IMG/VR virus record: IMGVR_UViG_3300013132_005385
Location: 1-64,000 of that record
DNA: 64,000 bases
Source: a virus
Strand: one strand, 5' to 3'
Shown here: in pieces, positions 9,754 through 19,504 of the stretch
Position numbering within the stretch: position 1 is the stretch's first letter
How the letters are laid out: every line of letters starts with the position of its first letter
Program-made: the position numbers and the translations under genes
Notes under the pieces: generated by a model
Seen by the model: the letters and a program-made list of their open reading frames with translations, nothing else
What the model was told of the DNA's origin: nothing
The model's database searches: none

Positions 9754-10858
9754 TTTCGGCCTCTCTCAGATGTATTTTGAGAGTTGATGTATCAACGCTC
9801 AAAACCGAGCAAGATACCTCTTGTCCCGGAGAATATTCATTGACAGGCTCGAGTAGCTCTTCCCTTTCTATGAGTCCATTAAATCCATTTTCTAATTTAA
9901 CAAACACACCAAAGGTCTTAACTTTACTAACCTGTCCTTTATATATTTTATTTTCTCCAGGTTCCACCGAAATGTCCTTCATTTCTTGTAGAAATTTGTT
10001 TTTCTGAGAGGGTTCGTTTAGTGTTAATCCTATTCTGGATGGGTTTTTAATATCAGAGACCCAGAATTCAATAGAAGTCCCGGGGCTTAGTAAAGATGTG
10101 TCCCCGTTAACTTGATCCGTAGGAATTAAACCCGTGTATATCTCGTCCCATTCAACAAAAAGTCCCAAGCTCTCTGCATATCCAGTAACAACACCATTAT
10201 ATTTTTCGGTAAATGATAGTTCTTGTACTTTTTCAAATATAATTTTTTTGAGGTATTTCTTAAACGAAACCACAAAAATATCTCTCTTTTCATCATACAT
10301 TTCAACCATGACGTTAATCTTCTTACCAAGATATGAAGAAAAATCCATAATTCTGTTGGCTGCCGCAAGACTACCTGGAAGGAAACATCTAACACCAGAA
10401 AGATTAACCATAAATCCTCCGTTACATAGGGACTCTATTTTTGCACTGAAAGCAACATTATTGGTTTCTAAAGCTTTTCCAAGCTCCTTCTTGACTGATT
10501 GTTCGTGTCCCGCTGAAAGTGACCCAAAATAAGTTCCGGTCTTATCCTTTAATACCACTATATCAATAACATCGCCTATGTTAAGGTCATACTCTGTATA
10601 TCCCAAGTTTCTAATAGATCTTAGTTCTTTCTCCAAGTTTATTACTATGGATTGACCCATGGATGATTCGCAAACTGCAACCCCATTGTTTATATGATCA
10701 ACTCTGACTCTTACGGTGCTTCCGCTGTCAAATTCCTTACCGTTGTGATAATTTCCTTCGGGGAAAGATCTTGAGAAACTCTCGTTATAGAGTTCATCGA
10801 GTAACGATCTTTCTTCTGAGGTGTAGTCATCGCAGGTATAATTCTTTTTTCTTGCCAT
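9731..10858 (-). CDS. rpsA: Ribosomal protein S1-like protein (about 4 S1/OB domains)
   Basis: GGFMVNLSGVRCFLPGSL, LGLFVEWDEIYTGLIP and YKGQVSKVKTFGVFVKLENGFNGLI are S1-domain signatures. Confidence 0.85.
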   Translation of the reverse strand: MARKKNYTCDDYTSEERSLLDELYNESFSRSFPEGNYHNGKEFDSGSTVRVRVDHINNGVAVCESSMGQSIVINLEKELRSIRNLGYTEYDLNIGDVIDIVVLKDKTGTYFGSLSAGHEQSVKKELGKALETNNVAFSAKIESLCNGGFMVNLSGVRCFLPGSLAAANRIMDFSSYLGKKINVMVEMYDEKRDIFVVSFKKYLKKIIFEKVQELSFTEKYNGVVTGYAESLGLFVEWDEIYTGLIPTDQVNGDTSLLSPGTSIEFWVSDIKNPSRIGLTLNEPSQKNKFLQEMKDISVEPGENKIYKGQVSKVKTFGVFVKLENGFNGLIEREELLEPVNEYSPGQEVSCSVLSVDTSTLKIHLREAEIGKSTSQ

Positions 10859-10889
10859 TTTTTTTAATTTAATAAACTTATTGTTCTTC

Positions 10890-10920
10890 TTTTTATCCTG
10901 AAATGTGGAAAGAATTTCAA
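10890..10920 (-). promoter_or_regulatory. Putative bipartite promoter TTGAAA-N19-TAAAAA
   Basis: Upstream of the S1-like gene; same 19-nt spacing at three other sites. Confidence 0.45.
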
Positions 10921-10926
10921 CTATTG

Positions 10927-13900
10927 TCAGAATTTTTTATAGTCCTCATTAAAAGCTTTTTGAAGCTCCGATGGAAGTTCCGGGATAGGATAAACAGGAT
11001 CTGCGGTTCCAAAACAAAACTTAAATAGTCCAGAAACGTCAGCTGCACTCCTTAAAAATTCATCCAAGTAAACCACAAAATAAGCATTTTTTAAGGAGAG
11101 TCTTTTCCAATCTGGTAAATCGTCAGAAAGTGCTATTGGACTAAGGAGATTAATCACATGCCTTCCTAATAGGGGAATAATAGGCCATGGAATGTAACTT
11201 AATATTTTTGAAGCAACCTCTATGACTGGATTAATTATCATATCAGCCAGAGGTATTTTTGGCGATCCCATCCAGTTTTTCCACAATAAGCTTAGAGGTA
11301 ATCTCGCTGGGGGAGGAGCACCAAGAGACATAACTGCCATTTCAGCTATTCCAGTGGGCCTTGCTGGGGGTATTACAGGTATTTGGGTAGCTGAGAGGAA
11401 AGAAGGTATAGCTCCATTAGGATCTGTAGCCTTATTAAGTATCTTTCTGGTTATTTTTACTATATCCTGTGAATTAAGATTCATAAATTTAGGTGAATCT
11501 ATATCATTAATCTCCGGCATTATGGTCTCAATGCTATTCTCGACAAATTCTTCTATGAAGCTGGACAGAAAAGATTTTATTACACTTCCGGGTATAGTAA
11601 TCCTTGGAATTCCGCCCGCAAGGAGAGTTTGCGAAATCTGATCCTGTTTGGGTGGAAAAACCTGAGGGAACTCAAACATCATAAATGCAGTTCCGTAACT
11701 TATACAAGCGGGCTCTAAGCATCCAAACAGCCCCTGAGGATGTGGATATTTGGATATTAAAGGCTCCTCCCTGTCTATTATATCTTTGGGAGAAAGTATA
11801 GGAATAGTAGCAGTAATTATGTTCTGGTTAGTGGGTTCTTTTACTGCTTTTTCCACCGCTATTGGATTATTTTTCGTGGCCTTGCCTAAACCCATTTTTT
11901 TAGCCAGAAGCTTTTTAAAATCTTTAACTCTCATCACTACCGCAGAAGAAGGAATATTAAGAATTTCTTGTGCGTTATTTTCTACTGCTCCTGGTATAGA
12001 TGAAATTATAGTGGTAAGCTCCGGTGTGATGTTTCTCGTGTATTCCGCGAAATCATTTCTCTCCAATTCTATTCCCGCGACCCCGGCCATAATTCTAAGG
12101 TACATCGCCTCTAATTGGGGATCTGGAAATGTCTTAAATTTTAATGTTCCTGGTGCTCCGTCGGTTATTTTAAATTCGGGAAAATTAAATATACCGGTAT
12201 AATTAGCGGAGGACACCAATGAAAATGCTCCCTCCCTTAGTCTTTTACTAATTGATTTTTTATTCCCCTTCATTATTTTATGAGATGTCACTGCCATTTG
12301 AGTTTTAACCTGAGCAACAAGAGAAATAAATTCATCTCTGGACATCTGCTGAGGATCACCAGGGAATAAAATAAGTACAGAATTTGAATTGGTTAAATTT
12401 CTATTTATGGGGTACAATAAGGGGTTAAGTCCTATCCTCATTTCTCTAAGAACAGATTTCATCTCACTTCTTAAATTAACAAACTTGGGGCATTCAGTTG
12501 GACTTAAATCTTTCGCTATGTTCTCCCTATTGGCCTTAAAATTAAGAGCGCTCGGAATACCAAATTTAAGTTTATCCTTATCCTTTGGAAAATAGATATC
12601 TCTAGGAGATGGCATTTTCTTATCAAAGAATTCCTTTATTGTTTTAGATAAGGCATCTTTTCTAGCATTTATTATTTGATCTATCTCTTCCTGCGGGATT
12701 TTATCTATGGGCTTTTCATCATCATATAATGCTGCTCTTTTTTTATACTCCTTCTGATTTTGGTCTATTAAATTTTTAATTTCCTTCTCTTTTTCCTGAG
12801 CTCCATTAAGAATACTTGTGTTTTTAAGAGGCTCTACTCTGTCCATAATCTTATTGATATTGGAATTCATTTCACCCATAATATTTTTTGGGGTATCCAA
12901 TATTTCTTTTCCGAATCCGGGAAGAGGAATTAGCTTGTCTGGTATACCATGAGTTATTTTTTCTTTTAACTTTTGGAGAATGTCCATTATTTTAGGATCG
13001 GATTTTCTTGGAATAAATCTTGGCCCCCTAATTCCGGTCAGAAATAGAGAAGTTCCAAAAAGATTTTCTTTAAGATAAACCAGAGGGGTAGGCATGAACC
13101 CTCCTATAAAAGGAATAAAAATAACAAGTATACCAAGTCCAAAAGGCAGCGGTATAACTATAGGATCTATTATGGTCCATATCATAGGAAGAGGAATCCT
13201 GAGGTATGGTAATCCATCGATCGGGTTAACAGCTGGAGATATCGGGATGAATGCAGGTGGGATATATCCCACTGGCCAATATCTAAATCCAAATCTAACA
13301 GATGGTCCTGGGGTTAAAAAGAAATTAACATCTTCGACCGGTGGAATTCCATTAGGATACGGCAAAAGTCCTAAAAGAGTGGCTTTTTTACAGAATTCTT
13401 TCCACCAGCAAACCTGGTAAATTGTAGGACAATCCGATGATCCCGAAGAAGACTGTAGATAATTATCCTTCTGGAAGTCACTTCCCGCGGGTCCACAACA
13501 GGGAGGGGGGCAAGAAGGGCTTCTTCTAGGAAATGGAGCAGGAGCTTGTCCTCCCGGTGCAGGAGCCCCTCCTGAACATGACACATTGAAGTCATTTTTA
13601 AGTTTTTCAGGAGATGTAGCATTATTCAGTTCATTGATTTTCGTTCCTATAAAAATCAAAAGATCCTCAACCTCATTCATCTTTGATCTAATTGAGTTTC
13701 TTCTGGATTGAATATATTGGGTTAAATCAAAGTCTTCAGGTTCTTCAGCGCCGGATATTGCTAATGATGCAATTGAAACGCATAATGCAGCAGCAGACCT
13801 TCCAGACGAAATTATAGAATTTATTCTGGGCTCTATTAAAGCATTATAAGTTTGTTGATATCTCTCATCCCATTTGCTCTTATAATTTCCCCAAAAATCA

Positions 13901-15651
13901 AGAAAATTAGAATTAGGTTCACCGTCAGGATTAAAAGACGATGGTTTGAGTTTGGAAGGATCTCTTGCATCATTATCTCCTCTTTCTTCTGGGGTAAAAA
14001 ATAGCCACGGAAGTGCGGATTTTTCAATTAGCTGTCCATATAAAAATCCCCTCTTAGATTGGATTTCAGAAATTATTTGGCTCTTTGATTTTGATGATCC
14101 CTGAACATCTCCGGCAAAATCATAAAAATCAGCAATCTCTGAAATTCCTCCAGCACCAGTGTGAATAAAATTCAAGGCTTTATTTACTCCATCGAAAAAA
14201 TTATTAGGTCTTCCAAATAATACTCCGTCTTGTTTGTATTCCTGTCCTATTTTTATTTTTTTCTTGTCAACCTTAATTACCTTGTTAGTGGCTTGGGATA
14301 TTCCTCCACTTAAATTTGGCATTTGAGGCTCGTCCACCTCTTCGTACGGAACATCATCTTGTCTTAATGTTGGATATGAAAATGTAAAATTTACAGTTCT
14401 GTTTGCATTTTCCAATGTTCCCTTAAATCTAACGGAGAATGAATTGAGTGATGATATGTAATTGAATATGGAGGAAGAATTAAATACAGAAAGAGGATTT
14501 CCCTGCTTATATTTGTTCCATTCCAAAAAAAGATCCTCATAATATCTGTCTATTATTCTATAATGAATATGAATTTCCTCAACCTGTTGTTCTAATTTTA
14601 TGAATCTTGATAAAAGATCGACATTGTTTATCAATTCTTTCTGTTTATTGGATACCTGATCTAAGCACTGATCTATTTGTCCTATAATATCAACTTCGGG
14701 CAGGGTAATGGGAGAAGCCTCTTTTTCCCTGGTTGGAAAATCAACAGGTTCGACGCATGTTTCCTCCTTGATTCTTTCGAGATCCTCTATATTAAACAAT
14801 GGTTCACCCGTTAAAGGGTCCTGAGGGTATGGAGGATCACAATCTCTTTCATCTATTAATGGTGGCTCGTCTATAGTAAAATCTCTTCCTGAATCTGGGT
14901 AGTCGCTATCGAGATCAGAGAATTCTCTTTCCTGTGCCTCTAGATCATCCGGGTAAATAGAGACATCATCAGGAAGCTCCCCCTCATTGGTGTCTTCATT
15001 TTCACACGGCTTTCTTCCTGATTTTCTTTTGGATAATATTTCTTTTATTTCCCTCGATGCTTCAGAAGCAGATTTTCCACTAGATTTTAAAGAAAAATGA
15101 ACGGGCTGATTGCCACTCATTATTATATCAAAAGAGATAGGTAGACCTAAAACATTTACGGTTCTGGATTTTTTATTGGCGTAATTAAAAGGTTTACCTA
15201 AAACGGATGGACTTATATTATCAAATATTTCCTCCTTAATTTCCTGTAAAATATCAGGGGAATCCGTCGCAATTTTTCTTTCGGCCTGTTTAGAATTGGT
15301 AAATCCTGATAGGGTTTTTCCAGGGTTCTTTTTCTCGTATATTTGCTTTAATATCTCAGAGTATAACTCATCCCCCTGCATTTTACAAGAAAGATCCTCA
15401 ACTTTTTCTATTGGTATAGATAAAGGCTTGGGCTTTAATGATTCAACCATTGCATTTATGGCGGTTTCAAATATTTCCGTTTCTTTTTGTATTTCTACTT
15501 CAGGATCAACGTCAGTAATTTCAGGAATTTGATAGTCAGGACCAAATATAGTCTTCAAAACGAATGAGTTGTTAAGCTGTGTTGGGTCGGCGCTTAACAA
15601 CGCTTCCATTATGGTATCAATAGATCCGTTTATTTTTGGCGGTTCGTTCAT
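10927..15651 (-). CDS. Large hypothetical (probable virion/tail-tip) protein, 1574 aa
   Basis: Directly downstream of the gp5-like gene; coiled-coil segments, Cys cluster (SCPPPCCG...CPTIYQVCWWKEFC), Pro-rich hydrophobic stretches. Confidence 0.55.
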   Translation of the reverse strand: MNEPPKINGSIDTIMEALLSADPTQLNNSFVLKTIFGPDYQIPEITDVDPEVEIQKETEIFETAINAMVESLKPKPLSIPIEKVEDLSCKMQGDELYSEILKQIYEKKNPGKTLSGFTNSKQAERKIATDSPDILQEIKEEIFDNISPSVLGKPFNYANKKSRTVNVLGLPISFDIIMSGNQPVHFSLKSSGKSASEASREIKEILSKRKSGRKPCENEDTNEGELPDDVSIYPDDLEAQEREFSDLDSDYPDSGRDFTIDEPPLIDERDCDPPYPQDPLTGEPLFNIEDLERIKEETCVEPVDFPTREKEASPITLPEVDIIGQIDQCLDQVSNKQKELINNVDLLSRFIKLEQQVEEIHIHYRIIDRYYEDLFLEWNKYKQGNPLSVFNSSSIFNYISSLNSFSVRFKGTLENANRTVNFTFSYPTLRQDDVPYEEVDEPQMPNLSGGISQATNKVIKVDKKKIKIGQEYKQDGVLFGRPNNFFDGVNKALNFIHTGAGGISEIADFYDFAGDVQGSSKSKSQIISEIQSKRGFLYGQLIEKSALPWLFFTPEERGDNDARDPSKLKPSSFNPDGEPNSNFLDFWGNYKSKWDERYQQTYNALIEPRINSIISSGRSAAALCVSIASLAISGAEEPEDFDLTQYIQSRRNSIRSKMNEVEDLLIFIGTKINELNNATSPEKLKNDFNVSCSGGAPAPGGQAPAPFPRRSPSCPPPCCGPAGSDFQKDNYLQSSSGSSDCPTIYQVCWWKEFCKKATLLGLLPYPNGIPPVEDVNFFLTPGPSVRFGFRYWPVGYIPPAFIPISPAVNPIDGLPYLRIPLPMIWTIIDPIVIPLPFGLGILVIFIPFIGGFMPTPLVYLKENLFGTSLFLTGIRGPRFIPRKSDPKIMDILQKLKEKITHGIPDKLIPLPGFGKEILDTPKNIMGEMNSNINKIMDRVEPLKNTSILNGAQEKEKEIKNLIDQNQKEYKKRAALYDDEKPIDKIPQEEIDQIINARKDALSKTIKEFFDKKMPSPRDIYFPKDKDKLKFGIPSALNFKANRENIAKDLSPTECPKFVNLRSEMKSVLREMRIGLNPLLYPINRNLTNSNSVLILFPGDPQQMSRDEFISLVAQVKTQMAVTSHKIMKGNKKSISKRLREGAFSLVSSANYTGIFNFPEFKITDGAPGTLKFKTFPDPQLEAMYLRIMAGVAGIELERNDFAEYTRNITPELTTIISSIPGAVENNAQEILNIPSSAVVMRVKDFKKLLAKKMGLGKATKNNPIAVEKAVKEPTNQNIITATIPILSPKDIIDREEPLISKYPHPQGLFGCLEPACISYGTAFMMFEFPQVFPPKQDQISQTLLAGGIPRITIPGSVIKSFLSSFIEEFVENSIETIMPEINDIDSPKFMNLNSQDIVKITRKILNKATDPNGAIPSFLSATQIPVIPPARPTGIAEMAVMSLGAPPPARLPLSLLWKNWMGSPKIPLADMIINPVIEVASKILSYIPWPIIPLLGRHVINLLSPIALSDDLPDWKRLSLKNAYFVVYLDEFLRSAADVSGLFKFCFGTADPVYPIPELPSELQKAFNEDYKKF

Positions 15652-15655
15652 TTAA

Positions 15656-16519
15656 TTAAAATACGCAGCTACCATCATCTATAGTGGCATCTGGGTTAAA
15701 GTTTTTAGCATCAGGATCTGTACATCCATAAATATCGTTTTCCCTTGTTACCCTGACAGTCTTGCTGGTTGACAAGGATTCATACAATGAAGCTAGCGTG
15801 GAATTAACACCAGGGGTTGCAGGCTGCTTTGAATCAACTGCTGACGAAAGCTTCTTTAAAAAGTCCCAAAGTGGTTCGGCACAAATAGCAGAGAAAACTG
15901 GGTTGTGACCCAGATTAGTAGTTTTACCGTCAACATGAACCTCTTCAGAGGAATATTTAATTTTATTGACACCTACTGCGTTAATCTCCTGGTCCGCATA
16001 TTTAGTAATTACTCCCCCACGAAATTCCATTGCACTAGTATCTTCTGCATGGGATATTAAAATTGAATTGTCATTTCTTATTATTATTCTAGATTCCTTA
16101 AGATCTATAACCAACCCCTTTTCAACGGTGTAATATATTTTTAGTTTCTCTATCCCGTCATAGATTAAAGAATGAGCACCATCATAGCTTCTACTTATCT
16201 CGGTAACTAAGTCGGGGGAAAGCTCCTGAATAGCTTTATATTCAGGGCTATAATAGTTTTTATTGTTGAATTGGACATGCACAACAGATCCTAATTTTGG
16301 AATAGAAACTCTTCCACTTCCTCCCCCGTCTCCATACGACATTTCGAATCTTTGATGAGCCCACGGAATTTCTTTATCATTAAGATCATCAAATACTCCA
16401 AAAACTTTAACCTTGGCCCTGCCCTTAAATTCGGGGTCCTTGTTATCAACAACAACGCCTAAATAATGTGTTACTTCAGCATTGGATTTTTTAAGATTTT
16501 CTCTGGTTACTAGTGCCAT
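15656..16519 (-). CDS. Baseplate central spike (T4 gp5 N-terminal OB-fold / gpV-like)
   Basis: YLGVVVDNKDPEFKGRAKVKVFG...IPWA...IPKLGSVVHVQF is the gp5 OB-fold signature. Confidence 0.85.
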   Translation of the reverse strand: MALVTRENLKKSNAEVTHYLGVVVDNKDPEFKGRAKVKVFGVFDDLNDKEIPWAHQRFEMSYGDGGGSGRVSIPKLGSVVHVQFNNKNYYSPEYKAIQELSPDLVTEISRSYDGAHSLIYDGIEKLKIYYTVEKGLVIDLKESRIIIRNDNSILISHAEDTSAMEFRGGVITKYADQEINAVGVNKIKYSSEEVHVDGKTTNLGHNPVFSAICAEPLWDFLKKLSSAVDSKQPATPGVNSTLASLYESLSTSKTVRVTRENDIYGCTDPDAKNFNPDATIDDGSCVF

Positions 16520-16538
16520 ATAGATTATACAGGATTTA

Positions 16539-19502
16539 TCAGATCAAGTTCCCAAATTGATCAGTGGTAGGATAAACCCTTCCCAGCTGTTTTTGAGTAG
16601 TCTGCGGTTCCTGTATATACTCATCCCCGTTACTATCCATATAATTTCTCTCTGGAGGACCTAATGATTCACCGGGTACCTTCGGGTAAACATCTCCTAG
16701 TGTCGACGGGTTTTGCGAAGCATTTATGGATGATGTTCCGGATTGTACGCTGTTGTTATAAACTGGATCCTTAGATGCTAATGGATCGGGGGGCGGAACA
16801 CTATTTTGTGTGTAATTCAATTCTCTTGGAAGCCTACTTCTGGTAGTTATGCTTCCGGGTAATGAATTATCCATATAAACATCCTCGTTTGGCTCTGGGT
16901 ATATTCTATCTGGTACCCCAAGATTTACTCCTGGGTTATTTTCATATTCATCACCTCCTGAAGGTGGATATGTTCTATTAGGTAGACCCAGATCCCGTCC
17001 AGGGACGTCGCTATATTCATCCAGAGAAGGCTGCGGATAGATTCTATTTGGGGCACCTAAATCTGTTCCTGGAACATTAGTATATTCATCACCTCCTGAA
17101 GGTGGATATGTTCTATTAGGTAGACCCAAATCTTGACCGGGTGTGTCTGGGTATTCATCCAATATTGGCTGTGGATAAATTCTATTCGGAACTCCTAAAT
17201 CAGATCCTGGAACATTAGAATATTCATCTCCCCCTGCGGCTGGATAAGCTCTGTTAGGTAGACCCAAATCTTGACCAGGTGTGTCTGGGTATTCATCTCC
17301 ATTTGGCTGTGGATATACTCTGCCAGGGGTTCCTAAATCTTGACCCGGAACATCTGGAAATTCGTCACCATTCACGGGTGGATATGATCTATTAGGAAGC
17401 CCAAGGTCTGATCCAGGAACATCCAAATATTCATCCCCGTTTGGTGTGCTATAAACTCTTCCAGGTACGCCTAACTCCTGTCCAGGAACATTAGAGTATT
17501 CATCCCCATTTGCCGGGGGGTAAGCTCTATTAGGAAGTCCAAGGTCTGATCCAGGAACATCCGGATACGAATCAGAATTAACGGGCGTATAAACTCTTCC
17601 AGGAACACCCAGATCTGCTCCAGGTACTCCGCTGTATTGATCATCATTATTCGTTTGGTATGTCCTATCGGGAAGTCCCAGATCGGATCCAGGAACATTT
17701 CCATAAACATCGTCCGTCGGCTGAACATAAACTCTTCCGGGTAGGCCTAAATCCTGTCCGGGAACCGTACTATATTGGTCGTTATTATTAGATGGATATG
17801 ATCTATTAGGAAGTCCTAGATCAGATCCAGGAACGTTTCCATAAACATCATTAGGACCAAGGGATCCTGAAGGAGCTCCTGGACCAAGAACATTACCAAG
17901 ATTCTGAGCTGGGTTTTCAGGTACAGTTAAATACACATCTTCATTAACTCTTGGGTACTGTCTTTGCCCTGGTCCTCCCAATCCAGTAGATTGGGGATCA
18001 GCTTTTTTAAACGGATTTGGTATTCCAGACTTTAGTGAATTTACCAAACTGAAAGCATCGTTAGTTGCTTGAGCTAACTGGGAAGGCTGAAATCCGTATA
18101 TGTTTCCCAAAAGTTTAGACTCTATAAACGAAACGGCTTCATTTTTAATGGTCGCCACTGTGTTAGTAACGAAATTTGAAGCAAGCTGAGCAAAATAATC
18201 TCCTGCACTAGGTTTATCATCAAAAGTTAATTTTTCAAGACCCGATGTTAAATCATAATCCATCGCAGTATAATTTTCAACCCCTCCCCAGGTGTCGCTT
18301 ATGATCATGCCCTTGATTCCATTATCGTCCTTATATTCATTCAATTCTGTGAATTGCAATTTATAATCTTTAACCCTTCCCACTTGGATTTTAAATGACG
18401 TTGAAACCATTTGTCCTCCGGTGTTATTGATTGTATCGAAAGATGGATATGTTGAATCAAAATCAAATTCACATTGATCAAGCTGATAAATGTATACATA
18501 GGGCTGTAGATTATAAAGTCCCGATTGGACATCACCTGGTCCTCCAGCTTTTAAGTCCGGTCTAGTAGATCTGTTAAGAAATTTTTCTGTGCTGTCAAGC
18601 AATCCAGTCTGTGAATTAAAATCAGATAAAACATTGGCCACTTTTGCCACTGCAGGCACGGAAAATGGATTTAAAACATCACTCATATTAAAATCCAATT
18701 GAATATTTCTCATCTCCGTTACAACGATCCACATTCTAAATTTTCTTAGGTTTTCGGGGAGCATCACTCTATGGTGGGTATAATCATAAACTGCTTTTCT
18801 ATATAGTTCAGCAAGTGCAGAAACCCTCATATCGATAGATTCCAAACAATTTATAGTGAGTTCTCCAGCTCTCTGCGGTTTTCCAGCAGCTTTCCCATAT
18901 CTAGGTATCGAAGATGCAACTAAATTGTTTAGCCCGGAAACGGTTTGAAAATACCATGGAGAATTTTTATTCAAATACTCTATCCCGTTACCAAAAGCTT
19001 TAAGCATTTGATATCTTTTTTCGGATCTAGTTCTTAAGAAAGCTTGTGCGCCTAAATAGCCAACACCCCCCTGCATATTAAAAAGATTTCTTCTTCCGTT
19101 TTCAGATTTTAATTTTGATCCATAGAAGAAATCAGTATTTGTTTTATATGCTCCATCGACGTTTAATTGATAATCAACAAATAGATTTTTTGATCCCATT
19201 TCTCTGGATAATTGCTGTTTGATTCTATCAGCCATATCGTCATCCCCTCCTACTCCTTCCATTTTTTTAAATAGTGGAGATATAGGAAGAAATGTTTCTT
19301 CCTCCAATAGACTGGAATTTCCAAAATCAAAAATAAATCTGAAAGAGATATATGTGGGGTCCTCTTTTTTTCCAGATCTAGTTGTTTTTAGTCCCTTAAG
19401 AAATTTTTCCCTCTGAAAGTCTATCTTCCTGTCAAGTGCAGATTCGTCAGGAACTAATCTATTTTTAAGGCCAGAGCCTAATTCGCTTCCAAAGTTTGCC
19501 AT
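16539..19502 (-). CDS. Baseplate/tail-tube-initiator-like protein with C-terminal 23-aa tandem repeats
   Basis: N-terminal half has a tube-like LTINCLESIDMRVSALAELYRK segment; lies between hub and spike genes. Confidence 0.5.
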   Translation of the reverse strand: MANFGSELGSGLKNRLVPDESALDRKIDFQREKFLKGLKTTRSGKKEDPTYISFRFIFDFGNSSLLEEETFLPISPLFKKMEGVGGDDDMADRIKQQLSREMGSKNLFVDYQLNVDGAYKTNTDFFYGSKLKSENGRRNLFNMQGGVGYLGAQAFLRTRSEKRYQMLKAFGNGIEYLNKNSPWYFQTVSGLNNLVASSIPRYGKAAGKPQRAGELTINCLESIDMRVSALAELYRKAVYDYTHHRVMLPENLRKFRMWIVVTEMRNIQLDFNMSDVLNPFSVPAVAKVANVLSDFNSQTGLLDSTEKFLNRSTRPDLKAGGPGDVQSGLYNLQPYVYIYQLDQCEFDFDSTYPSFDTINNTGGQMVSTSFKIQVGRVKDYKLQFTELNEYKDDNGIKGMIISDTWGGVENYTAMDYDLTSGLEKLTFDDKPSAGDYFAQLASNFVTNTVATIKNEAVSFIESKLLGNIYGFQPSQLAQATNDAFSLVNSLKSGIPNPFKKADPQSTGLGGPGQRQYPRVNEDVYLTVPENPAQNLGNVLGPGAPSGSLGPNDVYGNVPGSDLGLPNRSYPSNNNDQYSTVPGQDLGLPGRVYVQPTDDVYGNVPGSDLGLPDRTYQTNNDDQYSGVPGADLGVPGRVYTPVNSDSYPDVPGSDLGLPNRAYPPANGDEYSNVPGQELGVPGRVYSTPNGDEYLDVPGSDLGLPNRSYPPVNGDEFPDVPGQDLGTPGRVYPQPNGDEYPDTPGQDLGLPNRAYPAAGGDEYSNVPGSDLGVPNRIYPQPILDEYPDTPGQDLGLPNRTYPPSGGDEYTNVPGTDLGAPNRIYPQPSLDEYSDVPGRDLGLPNRTYPPSGGDEYENNPGVNLGVPDRIYPEPNEDVYMDNSLPGSITTRSRLPRELNYTQNSVPPPDPLASKDPVYNNSVQSGTSSINASQNPSTLGDVYPKVPGESLGPPERNYMDSNGDEYIQEPQTTQKQLGRVYPTTDQFGNLI
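16884..17849 (-). repeat. 14 x 69-bp (23-aa) coding tandem repeat D(E/V/Q)YxxVPGxDLG(L/V)PxRxYP
   Basis: Counted directly from translation; exact 23-aa period; degenerate copies flank the array. Confidence 0.95.
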
Positions 19503-19504
19503 TT

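Noticed and set aside
16884-17849. Possible CRISPR array or RiPP (graspetide) precursor repeats
   Set aside because: Variation is codon-wise within an in-frame structural gene, with no invariant repeat/unique spacer pattern, no leader-core layout and no adjacent ATP-grasp gene
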